IMG/VR virus record: IMGVR_UViG_3300047314_000186
Span: 1 to 33,823 of that record
Length of the DNA stretch: 33,823 nt
Source of the DNA: a virus
Lineage: Duplodnaviria; Caudoviricetes
Direction: 5' to 3' (one strand)
In this document: positions 15,140-24,935 of the stretch, piece by piece
Layout of the letters: each line of letters starts with the position of its first letter
How positions within the stretch are numbered: the stretch's first letter is position 1
Notes under the pieces: model-generated
Database searches by the model: none
Seen by the model: only the letters and a program-made list of their open reading frames with translations
What the model was told of the DNA's origin: nothing
Translations under genes and position numbers: made by a program

Positions 15140-16547
15140 GGCTTCGCTGGTCGCCTGGGCGCGCCACTGCGGTTACGAGCCGGCGCGCCACCACCGGCTG
15201 CTGATCGAGAAGCTGACGCAGGTTGCCAATGGCGAAATCGATCGTCTGGCTGTCTTTATGCCGCCCGGCTCGGCCAAGTCGACTTACGGCTCGATACTGT
15301 TTCCGCCATGGTTCATGGCTCGTGCGCCTGGCCGCTCGATCATTGCGGCCTCGCACACCACCGAGCTGGCGCAGAAGTGGGGCCGCAAGGTCCGCAATCT
15401 GATCGCCGAGCATGGCCCGACGCTGGCGGCGGTTCTTTCGCAAGACAGCCAAGCAGCGGGACGCTGGGCGCTTGCGTCGGGTGGCGAATACTATGCGGCA
15501 GGCGTTGGAACGGGCATCACCGGCTTCCGCGCCGATGGTGCCATCATCGACGACCCGATCCGGTCGCGCGAGGACGCGGACTCCGAGACGGTGAGGGAGC
15601 GGACCTGGGAGTGGTACAAATCGGACCTGCTGACGCGGCTGCGCCCTGGCGGCTTCGTTGTGCTGATTCAGACCAGATGGCACGAGGACGACCTTGCCGG
15701 CCGGGTACTTGAGGAGATGGCCAAGGGCAGCGGCGACCGCTGGAGCGTGCTGTCGCTGCCGGCCGAGGCCGAGGAGAACGATCCGCTGGGCCGCGCGCCC
15801 GGCGAATGGCTGTGGGATGACGCCTACGGCTACGCCAAGTTCCTGGCGCGGGAAAAGGCCACCCAGATCCCGCGCAACTGGAGCGCACTCTACCAGCAGC
15901 GCCCGACGCCCGAGACCGGAGACTACTTCAAGGAGGAGTGGCTGCGGCCGTATACGAAGGCGCCGGCGCGCGCCACGCTCAACGTCTACGGGGCGAGCGA
16001 CTACGCGGTCACGAGCGACGGCGGCGACTACACGGTGCATGTGATCGTGGGCGTCGATCCGGAAGGCAAGATGTGGCTGCTGGACCTGTGGCGCAAGCAG
16101 GCTTCGTCCGATGTCTGGGTCGAGGGCGTCTGTGACCTCGTGCTGGAATGGAAGCCGTGGCTGTGGGCCGAGGAGCAGGGCCAGATCAAGTCCGGCATCG
16201 GGCCGTTCCTCGATCAAAGGCTGATCGAGCGCAAGGCCTGGATCGGTCGCGAGCAGTTTCCGACCCGCGGCGACAAGGCGGTGCGGGCGCAGTCCATCCG
16301 CGGCCGCATGGCGCTGCAGGGGCTGCACGTCCCGACCGCGGCGCCGTGGTACGCGGCATTCCGTTCCGAGCTGTTGAGTTTCCCGGCCGGCAAGCACGAC
16401 GACCAGGTGGACGCGCTGGGGCTGCTGGGACAGCTCCTCGATCAGGTGTCGAGCGGGCGCAAGCCCAAGGTGCCGGTCGCCGAGGAAGAGACCGGCTACA
16501 AGCCGTTCGAGCACGAGCCCGTCAACGATAGCTTCCTGGCAATGTAG
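15054..16547 (+). CDS. terL: Terminase large subunit
   Basis: MPPGSAKST Walker A, AIIDDP Walker B, QTRWHEDDL, ALYQQRP, FPAGKHDDQVDA; start uncertain (overlaps terS). Confidence 0.95.
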   Translation: MLNSSPTTSSPHISPQTAARQILKRRRIRASLVAWARHCGYEPARHHRLLIEKLTQVANGEIDRLAVFMPPGSAKSTYGSILFPPWFMARAPGRSIIAASHTTELAQKWGRKVRNLIAEHGPTLAAVLSQDSQAAGRWALASGGEYYAAGVGTGITGFRADGAIIDDPIRSREDADSETVRERTWEWYKSDLLTRLRPGGFVVLIQTRWHEDDLAGRVLEEMAKGSGDRWSVLSLPAEAEENDPLGRAPGEWLWDDAYGYAKFLAREKATQIPRNWSALYQQRPTPETGDYFKEEWLRPYTKAPARATLNVYGASDYAVTSDGGDYTVHVIVGVDPEGKMWLLDLWRKQASSDVWVEGVCDLVLEWKPWLWAEEQGQIKSGIGPFLDQRLIERKAWIGREQFPTRGDKAVRAQSIRGRMALQGLHVPTAAPWYAAFRSELLSFPAGKHDDQVDALGLLGQLLDQVSSGRKPKVPVAEEETGYKPFEHEPVNDSFLAM

Positions 16548-16556
16548 AGGCACATA

Positions 16557-18668
16557 ATGGCATTCGGCGGCCTTCCGGCGCGATCGCAGAGCAATCCGGG
16601 CGATCAGCTCCCGAGGCGCAACATTCTCTCGGGCGTCGGCGTGCTCGGCGGGCGGCAATTCGGCGGCGATACCATGGGGCGCCGGGCGGCGCAGAATAAT
16701 CCCGGCTTCAAGTCGCAGACCGGGACGGTGGGCAACTGGGGCACCGAGGCGCCCGACGAATACGACTTCTCGGGCGACGAGGACGGCTATTTTCCGGTCA
16801 CGCGACTGCGGCAACAATACACCGACTATCTGGCAACGAAGGTGCTGGAATATGAGGAGCAGAAAGTCTCGCGCCACTATTACCACGGCGCGCACTGGAC
16901 GGCCGAGGAAATCCGCATCCTACGGCAGCGCAAGCAGCCGATCATCACATTCAACCGGATCAACCGAAAGGTTGACGGCATCACAGCGCTTGTGCAGCGA
17001 CTTCGCCAAGACCCGAAGGCTTTTCCCCGATCGCCTAAGAATGCCGGCGGCGCCGAGCTCGCAACGCAATGCATCCGCGCCGCGCTCGACGGGATGGACT
17101 TCAAATACCTCGACTTCGAATGCACCAAGCAGGCCGCCATCGACGGCATCGGCGGGATCGAGCTCAAGCTGATCGAAGGCGACCATGGCGATCCAGATAT
17201 TGGTGGTGATTTCATCTTCGGAGATGACTTCTTCTACGACCCGCGTTCGTATAAGCCGGATTTCAGCGATGCGCGCTATATGGGCATCGCGAAATGGCTT
17301 GATGTGGAAGCTGCGATTGAGCTTTTCCCTGATAAAGAGGATGAGCTGCGGACCCTTATGGTGGATACCGGCTTCGATCTCACGACGCATTCCGATCGTG
17401 AGTTCAAATGGGTCTATGTCAACGAGCAGAGACTTCGACTGATCGAGCACTGGTACAAGCACAAAGGTAAATGGTACTGGGCGTTCTATTGCAGCTTCAT
17501 TTTGCTGGATCAGGGCGTGTCGCCGTTCCTCGATGAGCGCAACAGGCCGATGAACCGCTACGTGATGTTCTCGGCCGCGGTCGACCACGATGGAGATCGC
17601 TATGGTTTTGTTCGCAACCTCAAAGGCCCGCAAGACGAAGTCAACCAACGACGCTCCAAAGCGCTCTTTATCTCGAATGTTACGCGCACTTTCGCGCAGA
17701 AAGGCTCGGTTGACGATGTGGAAACAGCTCGCCGAGAAAGCTCGCGCCCCGACGGATGGGTAGAATACAACAAGGGCTTCGAGAAGCCGATGCCGGACGA
17801 CCGGCAGGCCGATCTGGCGGCGCAACTGCAACTCATGCAGACAGCGACGAGCGAAATCGATGGATTCGCCAACATACGACCCGACGCCATCGGAGCAGAT
17901 GACTCTACGTTTCATTCAGGGGTGGCGATTAATTACCTTCAGAAGGCCGGCATCGCTGAACTCGGTTCGTTTATATTGGCGTATCGCGCGTGGAAACTGC
18001 GTGTTTATCGTACCGTGTGGAATATCGTCAAACGCACCTGGAACCAGGAGCGGTTCATCCGCGTGGGCACCGACGACACCCAGAAACTGATTCAGATCAA
18101 TGGTTTCGGCAAGGACCAGTTCGGCCGTCCCGGTTTCATCAATGCGATCGGCGATATCGAGGTCGAGATCGTGCTGGACGAGGGGCCGGACAACGCCAAC
18201 CTGATGCAGGATGCCTACGAGGTGCTGGCACAACAGCCTCCGGGGACGATACCGCCGCAAGTCCTGATCCAGATGATGCCGATCGCGGACAGCATCAAGA
18301 AGCAGCTCGTGCAGATGATGAGCCAGCAAGACCCGATGGCGCAGCAGGCCAAGCAATTGACCAACCAGCGGCTCGGCGCCGAGGTGGACGAGAAGAAGGC
18401 CGGCACGATCCATCGCTATGCGCAGGCCGCCAAGGCGGCGAGCGAGGCGCACACCAACGTCACCCAGCTCGTGCATCAAGCCATGGGCATCACGCAGGCG
18501 GGCGTGCTAGATGCCAACACCCCGGATCAGCCTGGGCAGGGTGGCCAGCAGCCGCCATCTGGACTGCCGCCGCCCGTGCAGCAACCACAGCCCATGCGCG
18601 TCCAGCCGTTCGCCCGGCCCGCAGCGCCTCGGCGTTTCGCACCAGCCCCGATGCGGCGTCCAGCTTAA
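16557..18668 (+). CDS. Portal protein (P22-like)
   Basis: YYHGAHW..EE...L..RKQP.ITFNRI, GFVRNLKGPQDEVNQRRSK, SGVAI; Q/P-rich tail; follows terL. Confidence 0.9.
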   Translation: MAFGGLPARSQSNPGDQLPRRNILSGVGVLGGRQFGGDTMGRRAAQNNPGFKSQTGTVGNWGTEAPDEYDFSGDEDGYFPVTRLRQQYTDYLATKVLEYEEQKVSRHYYHGAHWTAEEIRILRQRKQPIITFNRINRKVDGITALVQRLRQDPKAFPRSPKNAGGAELATQCIRAALDGMDFKYLDFECTKQAAIDGIGGIELKLIEGDHGDPDIGGDFIFGDDFFYDPRSYKPDFSDARYMGIAKWLDVEAAIELFPDKEDELRTLMVDTGFDLTTHSDREFKWVYVNEQRLRLIEHWYKHKGKWYWAFYCSFILLDQGVSPFLDERNRPMNRYVMFSAAVDHDGDRYGFVRNLKGPQDEVNQRRSKALFISNVTRTFAQKGSVDDVETARRESSRPDGWVEYNKGFEKPMPDDRQADLAAQLQLMQTATSEIDGFANIRPDAIGADDSTFHSGVAINYLQKAGIAELGSFILAYRAWKLRVYRTVWNIVKRTWNQERFIRVGTDDTQKLIQINGFGKDQFGRPGFINAIGDIEVEIVLDEGPDNANLMQDAYEVLAQQPPGTIPPQVLIQMMPIADSIKKQLVQMMSQQDPMAQQAKQLTNQRLGAEVDEKKAGTIHRYAQAAKAASEAHTNVTQLVHQAMGITQAGVLDANTPDQPGQGGQQPPSGLPPPVQQPQPMRVQPFARPAAPRRFAPAPMRRPA

Positions 18669-18679
18669 GAGGTTCCCCC

Positions 18680-19096
18680 ATGCTCAGATTGCTTCTCGCC
18701 GCGCTGGCAACAGCGTGGTGTTCGTGGACTAGTCCACCCGCGTTTGCGCAGTCGGCGCCGCTCAAGTACGACAGCCTCGCCTCCACCAACTCGACCCTGG
18801 TCGTTTCCGGCGCCGTGCAGCTTCGCGTGCTCGGCCTGTTCAATACGACGGCCGCGATCTATTGGCTTAAGCTGTACGATCTCGCCGTGGCGCCAACCTG
18901 CGGCACCTCGGTCGTGAAATGGAAGGTGCCGATCCCGTTCGGGGCAGCGAATGCCGGCGGCGGCGCCGTCATGCCGATTTCCGATGGCTTGGCATTCGCC
19001 AACGGGCTGGGCTTCTGCCTCACCGGACTGCAGGCCGACAGCGACACCACGGTGGCGGCGACCGGCCTGGCGATCAATTTCGGCATCAAGCAGTGA
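18680..19096 (+). CDS. Signal-peptide-bearing beta-rich spike/fibre-base-like protein
   Basis: GAGG RBS; MLRLLLAALATAWCSWTSPPAFA|Q; STNSTLV...WLKLYD.A.APT.GT...GLAFANGLGF..TG..ADSDTT. Confidence 0.7.
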   Translation: MLRLLLAALATAWCSWTSPPAFAQSAPLKYDSLASTNSTLVVSGAVQLRVLGLFNTTAAIYWLKLYDLAVAPTCGTSVVKWKVPIPFGAANAGGGAVMPISDGLAFANGLGFCLTGLQADSDTTVAATGLAINFGIKQ

Positions 19097-19121
19097 TGGT
19101 GCTTCAGGATGAGGGCTCACC

Positions 19122-19571
19122 ATGAGGGGGCTCATAACGGCGCTTCTCATCTGCCTAGCCTCATCGGCGCCGGCGCAACTGCTGACCACGGGATACGGCT
19201 CCGGGAGCTTTGCCAGCGGCGTGTTCATTGCGCTGTCCAACACCTCGATCCTGGAAATGTCCTCGAACGGCACCACGCTCGGCACCGCGAGCATCGCGGG
19301 CGGCAGCACCACGGGCGTTCCGGTCTGGGCCCTGACCGACCCTTTGGGGGTTTTCCAGATCAACTCGGGCACAGGTATCGTGACCGTGCTCAGTAACGTG
19401 AACCTGGTGTTCGCGACCCACCCGATCATCCCGATCACCATCTCGGTGACCGGAACGGTGCCGACGGTTCCTTCGCGGATCGTCAACATCAACGTGTTGC
19501 CGATCGGCTGTACTGGCGCGCTCGATCTTTCCAAAGGTTGCCCACAGGCCATGCTTGGAGGTGTGCCATGA
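19122..19571 (+). CDS. Signal-peptide-bearing cadherin-like domain protein
   Basis: MRGLITALLICLASSAPA|Q; ILE....GTTLGT...WAL...FQINSGTGIVTV...ITISV pattern; terminal Cys pair. Confidence 0.65.
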   Translation: MRGLITALLICLASSAPAQLLTTGYGSGSFASGVFIALSNTSILEMSSNGTTLGTASIAGGSTTGVPVWALTDPLGVFQINSGTGIVTVLSNVNLVFATHPIIPITISVTGTVPTVPSRIVNINVLPIGCTGALDLSKGCPQAMLGGVP

Positions 19572-20593
19572 ACAAATGGCATCTGCGTTTTCTTCGCCTG
19601 GCCTATTTTGGCCTTGCCGCCATCCTGCCGATCTACGCCCTGGCCGACTACAACGCCACGCAGGGTGCCGGCACGATCTTCCGCGCTTTCGATTCCACCC
19701 ATGGCGGCACCTCTCTTTGCGCCGCCGCCAACACCCAGTGTCAAGGTATTGTCAATACTAACTCTGCAGGTGCCGAAGTTGGTATCGCTGCTGCCCCTCT
19801 TCGAATCGACCCCACTGGCACCACCACCCAGCCCGTCTCCGGCACCGTCGCCGCCACCCAATCCGGCGCTTGGACCGTCAACCCGACGACCGCGGCGAAC
19901 TGGGGCATCGGCACCAGCACCTACAACAGCGCGCTTGTGGCCAACGGACAGTTGATGCTCGGACAGTTCCTGACCTCGCCCGGCACCCTGACCACCACCA
20001 ACATGGCCCCGCTCCAGGTTGACTCGACTGGCAACCTCCGCGTCAACGTTGTCGCGGGCGGCGCAGGCGGCGGCGCCGTCACTGTGGCAAACGGCGCCGA
20101 TGTCGTCGAAGGCAACAACACCGACGCCGCCAGTTGCAGCAGTGGCACTTCCGTTGTTGCTTGCTTGCGACAGATCAACACCAATATTGCCGCTCCGATC
20201 CCCGCTGGCACTGCTCATATTGGCACCGTCGGTGTGGCACCATACGCAGACGGCGCCGTGCCGATCACAGCTACTGCGACCGGCACGACTGCGGCCACCA
20301 CCGCCACGCTCGCGGCCTCGGCCGGCGGGCTGAAGACCTACATCTGCGGGTTCTCGATCCGTGCCAATGCCACAGCAGCGGTGACCAACAATGCGACGGT
20401 GACCGGCGTTATCACCGCGACCATGAATTTCACGCAATGGACCGCGCCACTTGCCAGTGGCCTGGGCGTGACGGAAATGGTGTTCACGCCCTGCATTCCA
20501 TCGAGTGCGACGAATACGGCGATCGCCGTGGTGTCGGGCGCGCCAGGGACCGGCGGCGTCATATCCGTCTCGGCCTGGGGATACCAACTCTGA
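19568..20593 (+). CDS. Signal-peptide-bearing T/A/G-rich fibre/decoration-like protein
   Basis: GGAGG RBS, ATGA overlap; MNKWHLRFLRLAYFGLAAILPIYALA|D; C-terminal beta-sandwich-like segment ending SAWGYQL. Confidence 0.7.
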   Translation: MNKWHLRFLRLAYFGLAAILPIYALADYNATQGAGTIFRAFDSTHGGTSLCAAANTQCQGIVNTNSAGAEVGIAAAPLRIDPTGTTTQPVSGTVAATQSGAWTVNPTTAANWGIGTSTYNSALVANGQLMLGQFLTSPGTLTTTNMAPLQVDSTGNLRVNVVAGGAGGGAVTVANGADVVEGNNTDAASCSSGTSVVACLRQINTNIAAPIPAGTAHIGTVGVAPYADGAVPITATATGTTAATTATLAASAGGLKTYICGFSIRANATAAVTNNATVTGVITATMNFTQWTAPLASGLGVTEMVFTPCIPSSATNTAIAVVSGAPGTGGVISVSAWGYQL

Positions 20594-21510
20594 TGTGGCA
20601 CCGTCTTACAGTCTGGGTGCTTCTGCTTGTTGGAATTGTGTGCCTGGCACAGCAAAGGCCGTCTAGCGCCTACTGGCAAACTCGGGACTCAGCGTACAAC
20701 AATCCACCAACCAGCGGTCCCGCCCGTATGTGCACCGACGGCGCCCACGCTGCCGCGTTCAACGCCCGCACCTCGGGCCAGAACGCCGCCCACCTCGATG
20801 CCAACTGCAACTTCATCAACGGCCTCGATAGCGACTCCCTCTATGCCTCTGCCGATCTCATCTATCTCCTCGCCACCGACACCGCGCCCAACGCACGCCT
20901 CAACATCACCTCCGCCAGCTTCACCATCACCGAGGTCAACTCCCCGGTCTTCACTACCGACTCGGGCTACACCGTTGGCGGCACCTCCACCGCCAACCTC
21001 GACACCAACTACAACATGGCCACCAACGGCGTTACCTTCCTGCAAAACAGCGCCTCTGCTTTCATCTGGACATTGACCAACCTCAACAACACCATCGATT
21101 ACAAATATGCAGTAGGTACGCACCAGGCCGTTCCATTGCTGGCCATCTATCCGATGTTTTCCTCTGCTACAACTTTTCTGCGGATTAACTCCACCACCAA
21201 TGCCTCGAATACAGGCATGGGTCACTTCTTCGGAGTCGAACGCGACCTATCCACCGGCTCGACTGCTGAGGATGGCTACCAGGACGGCGTTAATTGTTGC
21301 TCCGGCGCGAGCACCTCTTTGGCCCCATTTAGCGGCAACATCATCATCCTGAACTCCGATGCTGGTGGCGTGAACTCATCCCCCTTCGGCGGCAACGTCG
21401 CCTTCTTCTGGGCTGGCGGAACCATCGGCGCCACCCAAGAGGTCAAGCTCTGCCACCGAGTCAACCTCTACCTCACCACCATCGCAGGCGCTGGCGCAGG
21501 AGTTTGCTGA
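20593..21510 (+). CDS. Signal-peptide-bearing lectin/ConA-like protein
   Basis: TGATG overlap; MWHRLTVWVLLLVGIVCLAQQRPSSA|YWQ; GL..D.LY...DLIYLLA......ARLN...FTTDSGY......LDTNYN. Confidence 0.65.
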   Translation: MWHRLTVWVLLLVGIVCLAQQRPSSAYWQTRDSAYNNPPTSGPARMCTDGAHAAAFNARTSGQNAAHLDANCNFINGLDSDSLYASADLIYLLATDTAPNARLNITSASFTITEVNSPVFTTDSGYTVGGTSTANLDTNYNMATNGVTFLQNSASAFIWTLTNLNNTIDYKYAVGTHQAVPLLAIYPMFSSATTFLRINSTTNASNTGMGHFFGVERDLSTGSTAEDGYQDGVNCCSGASTSLAPFSGNIIILNSDAGGVNSSPFGGNVAFFWAGGTIGATQEVKLCHRVNLYLTTIAGAGAGVC

Positions 21511-24500
21511 TGCGGATCGCGGCCCTTCTCCTCTCCATGCTCCTTGCCGCCCCCGCCTATGCCTGGCCTCGCCACGGCGCCTCCACTGGCGGTGGCACCA
21601 TCGCCCCCGGCCTCGTCCTCGGCACTTACGGCTCCACCACCGCTTCGGGCTGGACTACCATTGGTCCGAGCGATAACACGATGCCCTCCTTCGCCACCTG
21701 CCCTGGTGGCACCAACATCGTATACATCTCCGACTCGCTCGGCGAGGACAACCGTGACGGCTCAACCCCAACCTTCGTCGACGACAACAACACCGCGCAG
21801 TTCGTTCTAAGCTCTGCCATCGTCCCGGTGGTGAACGACGTTTACACAGAGATGTCCACCGGGTTTACATTCACCGTCGCGACGACCGCAAGATCAAGTT
21901 TCGGCACAGTTTCTAATGTATTTTTGCAGACGAAGAACCGCACCGGCACTCCTCCTACCACCGGTACGCTGAATCGAACCTCTGGCACCGGCCCTGCCGG
22001 CCCTCTGACCTACACTGCGAGGACACTCGGCATTCACGGCCCGATCAAGACCATCATCAAGGCCATCTCAAGCGGCATTGGCTCTCCCAATACAACAACC
22101 GGCCCAGGCCCCTACGATCCCGACAACACCGGCGGTCCCTTTGTCCCCAATGGCGACGGCACCGGCCTCGGCACCATCGGCAACTGGCGAACAGCCGGCA
22201 GCGTCGGTGCCAGCTTCGGCCTTCGCGATCACTGCCCAGACTGGGCCCTTCTTCGGATGGGCGACACCTTCGTCGGTCAGGCATTTGAGACGAATTGGAA
22301 TGTTGCTGCGTCCGATAACTTCCAATGGAACGGATTCTCTGAACAAGAGCCGATGGTCATCTCGGCCTATGACGAGGCCGTCCTTGTGACAACCCCAGAC
22401 TTAGGTTCAGGATTGCGGGCACGGCCGATTGTTCAGGTCCCTTCTTCAAACCCCGCCTACGCAGGCGGCCGACCAGCCGGAACCCAGCACGCCTTTTATG
22501 CCCGCCCTGGAATGAACTTGACGGCTGGCAAAGGCAACTACGTCGCCGTCATGGGCATAGACTTCTACTCCGCGCAGCGAAACCCTAGCGACGGGGCGTA
22601 TGTCGGCGCAGGAAACATAAGCAACGACAACAACATCGGCATTGACCATCGCGGACAACAAACCGGCTCCCTGATCGAGGACACCCACGCTAGATGGTTC
22701 ACCAACGGTTTTACATACGACAACGCCAGTGGTTCATCCATCACGCGCAACAACTTCGACATAACCATCCGTCGCAGTCAGGTTGACCACTGCTACGACT
22801 CCGCCGGGAACAAGCACAGCGGCATAGTCGTCGACAGCGTCGGGGCCATAGGCGGCGCCATGTCTCCAGGGTTTTCCTTTGAGGAAAATGTAATGGATCT
22901 GTGCGGCTGGGATAACGTCGGCTTCACGTCCGGCAGCCAGTACAGCCGGGACGCCTATTTGCAATGGGATGCTGTCTTCGGCAATCGTCGAGGAAACACC
23001 GCCACCAGGAGTGCATCAGAGGGCATTCAGTTCCGCTCCGGCGGTGTCATCGACAACAACTTCTTCTACAACGGCAACTACGGTCTTGATGTCGGCCACC
23101 AGGAAGGCGACCCGACGATCACCAGCAGCACGACCGTCACCAACAACGTAGTCATGTCTCCCGTGATCACCCACGGCGTTGCCGTATTAGGGTTCAACTT
23201 CTACAACGCAAACAACATAACGGCCACGGGCAACATCGTAGCAAATGTTGATAGCGCCATAGGTGACGCCACTGCGAATTGGGTTGCAACGGATGGCAAC
23301 AGAGGCGCTCCCGCCTACTTGAACCTGACGAATGCAGGAACCGGTGGAGCCCCGGGAAATTACGCTATTGGTGCATGGAACGCGGGAGCTGAAGGGTGCA
23401 ATGGTTCGCCTCCCAACTTCACCGGAGGAGCAGTCACCGTCATGGGCATCTATTCTATGCTCATTGGCGCTGGTGGAACAATCACCCCTGATCCCCTCAC
23501 CGGTGGTTTGTCTTACATGGAGCCGAGTCCTGGCGGGGCATCTCTGCCCGGGGACGTTCTGACCCCTGTAGCCGGCTACCCGAGCATCAACACCGCTGGC
23601 CTGTCGCTTACCGCTGTCGGATCAGGCGGCACGCTGGGTGACTACGGCACCGGCTTCGGCCATTGCCCGCGCGATCCGGCCAGTACGACACCCGGAGACA
23701 CCCAGTACGGCGTAGCTCTGACCAATTTCAGCGGGAGCATGTCCGGGTCAGGCGCAGCCGCGACTTTCACTTCAAACAGTTTCAGTGGAATTACGCGAGC
23801 CTTCAATGGCGGCACGGGAACCTATCACGCTGTTGGCACGACGACCAACACCAACACCATCGACACGACGGCTGGTGTCGGGACAAACAAGATTACTGTC
23901 ACTGGCGTGACCCCGTCGGCTTATAATAGCACCTGGACGATTGTATCCTTCAACTCAACGGCGATAGAATGGGACACTGGCCTCGCGGCTGATCCCGGTC
24001 CCGTGACCGTCCCAGGGAAATTAAATGCCTTCGCCATCATTGCGACCGGCAAGAACTACGTCGCCGGTGACGTTCTCTCCATCGCCTCGACCGACATCGG
24101 AGGGCAAACCGGCGTTCGCATCACGGTCGGTAACGTAGCGCATCTGAGCGGATGGACCGTTTCTGTCGCTTCTACGGAGAGTGCCGGCACTCACGGTCTG
24201 ACCTGGACCAACAACATCGTCTACAACTGGTCCGGTCAAAACCCTCCATTGATCGACGACGAGGGCGGCACGCACGACTCTCCTGGCGGCGTCCTCGGCA
24301 GCGGAACCGCCAACACCTTCACCGGGAACAGCGTCTGCGTGGGATCGCAGTTCACTGGAGTGATCACTGGGCCGAACACTCTTACAACAAGCGCCATCGT
24401 CAACGGCCCCATCGCCATCGGCCAGAACCTCGCCGGACCTGGGGTCACCGCTAACACTACGATTACTGGGGGCAGCGGTACGAGCTGGACGGTGTCGCCA

Positions 24501-24743
24501 AATCAAACTGCTCCTAGCGCTACAATGTACGGCTACACCTGCACGCCGACCAAGGTCTACGCGCATCCCGAGCGCACCGTCCAAACCTACGCCGCCTTCC
24601 TCGGCCTCACCGCCACCATCGACGGCTACCTCTACGGCAATGGGACCACCACCGGCGCGATGAACAACGCGAAGTGGAACTGGAACCCTGCCTACACCGC
24701 CAACAACGGCATCAACCCATACATCCGACTTGGATTTCAGTGA
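21510..24743 (+). CDS. Large signal-peptide-bearing right-handed beta-helix (pectin-lyase-like) tailspike/depolymerase-like protein
   Basis: TGATG overlap; MRIAALLLSMLLAAPAYA|W; VYISDSLGED..DG...PIKTI.KAI, LLRMGDTF, Asn-ladder repeats (IDNNFF, VTNNVV, ATGNIV, WTNNIV). Confidence 0.75.
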   Translation: MRIAALLLSMLLAAPAYAWPRHGASTGGGTIAPGLVLGTYGSTTASGWTTIGPSDNTMPSFATCPGGTNIVYISDSLGEDNRDGSTPTFVDDNNTAQFVLSSAIVPVVNDVYTEMSTGFTFTVATTARSSFGTVSNVFLQTKNRTGTPPTTGTLNRTSGTGPAGPLTYTARTLGIHGPIKTIIKAISSGIGSPNTTTGPGPYDPDNTGGPFVPNGDGTGLGTIGNWRTAGSVGASFGLRDHCPDWALLRMGDTFVGQAFETNWNVAASDNFQWNGFSEQEPMVISAYDEAVLVTTPDLGSGLRARPIVQVPSSNPAYAGGRPAGTQHAFYARPGMNLTAGKGNYVAVMGIDFYSAQRNPSDGAYVGAGNISNDNNIGIDHRGQQTGSLIEDTHARWFTNGFTYDNASGSSITRNNFDITIRRSQVDHCYDSAGNKHSGIVVDSVGAIGGAMSPGFSFEENVMDLCGWDNVGFTSGSQYSRDAYLQWDAVFGNRRGNTATRSASEGIQFRSGGVIDNNFFYNGNYGLDVGHQEGDPTITSSTTVTNNVVMSPVITHGVAVLGFNFYNANNITATGNIVANVDSAIGDATANWVATDGNRGAPAYLNLTNAGTGGAPGNYAIGAWNAGAEGCNGSPPNFTGGAVTVMGIYSMLIGAGGTITPDPLTGGLSYMEPSPGGASLPGDVLTPVAGYPSINTAGLSLTAVGSGGTLGDYGTGFGHCPRDPASTTPGDTQYGVALTNFSGSMSGSGAAATFTSNSFSGITRAFNGGTGTYHAVGTTTNTNTIDTTAGVGTNKITVTGVTPSAYNSTWTIVSFNSTAIEWDTGLAADPGPVTVPGKLNAFAIIATGKNYVAGDVLSIASTDIGGQTGVRITVGNVAHLSGWTVSVASTESAGTHGLTWTNNIVYNWSGQNPPLIDDEGGTHDSPGGVLGSGTANTFTGNSVCVGSQFTGVITGPNTLTTSAIVNGPIAIGQNLAGPGVTANTTITGGSGTSWTVSPNQTAPSATMYGYTCTPTKVYAHPERTVQTYAAFLGLTATIDGYLYGNGTTTGAMNNAKWNWNPAYTANNGINPYIRLGFQ

Positions 24744-24931
24744 CCTACAACGCGCAATTCGCCCATATGGCCGCGCTCGACCGCTGGCCGAAGCGATGGC
24801 GCGAGCTCGCCTACGAATACGGCTTCAAGATCGTCAAGGAAATGCGCGATCAGCACGGTGGCTATCACGCCGTCAAGACCGACCTGGAAACATGGCGTGA
24901 ACGCCGCCAGGACGAACTGTTGAGGAATTAA
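24740..24931 (+). CDS. Small hypothetical protein (63 aa)
   Basis: GTGA overlap with the preceding stop; MAALDRWPKRWRELAYEYG. Confidence 0.6.
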   Translation: MTYNAQFAHMAALDRWPKRWRELAYEYGFKIVKEMRDQHGGYHAVKTDLETWRERRQDELLRN

Positions 24932-24935
24932 AGCA

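Noticed and set aside
15093-16895. 600-aa minus-strand ORF and similar long antisense ORFs (e.g. 18665-20587, 13759-14748, 16920-17915)
   Set aside because: Shadow frames of GC-rich plus-strand genes with no recognisable motifs
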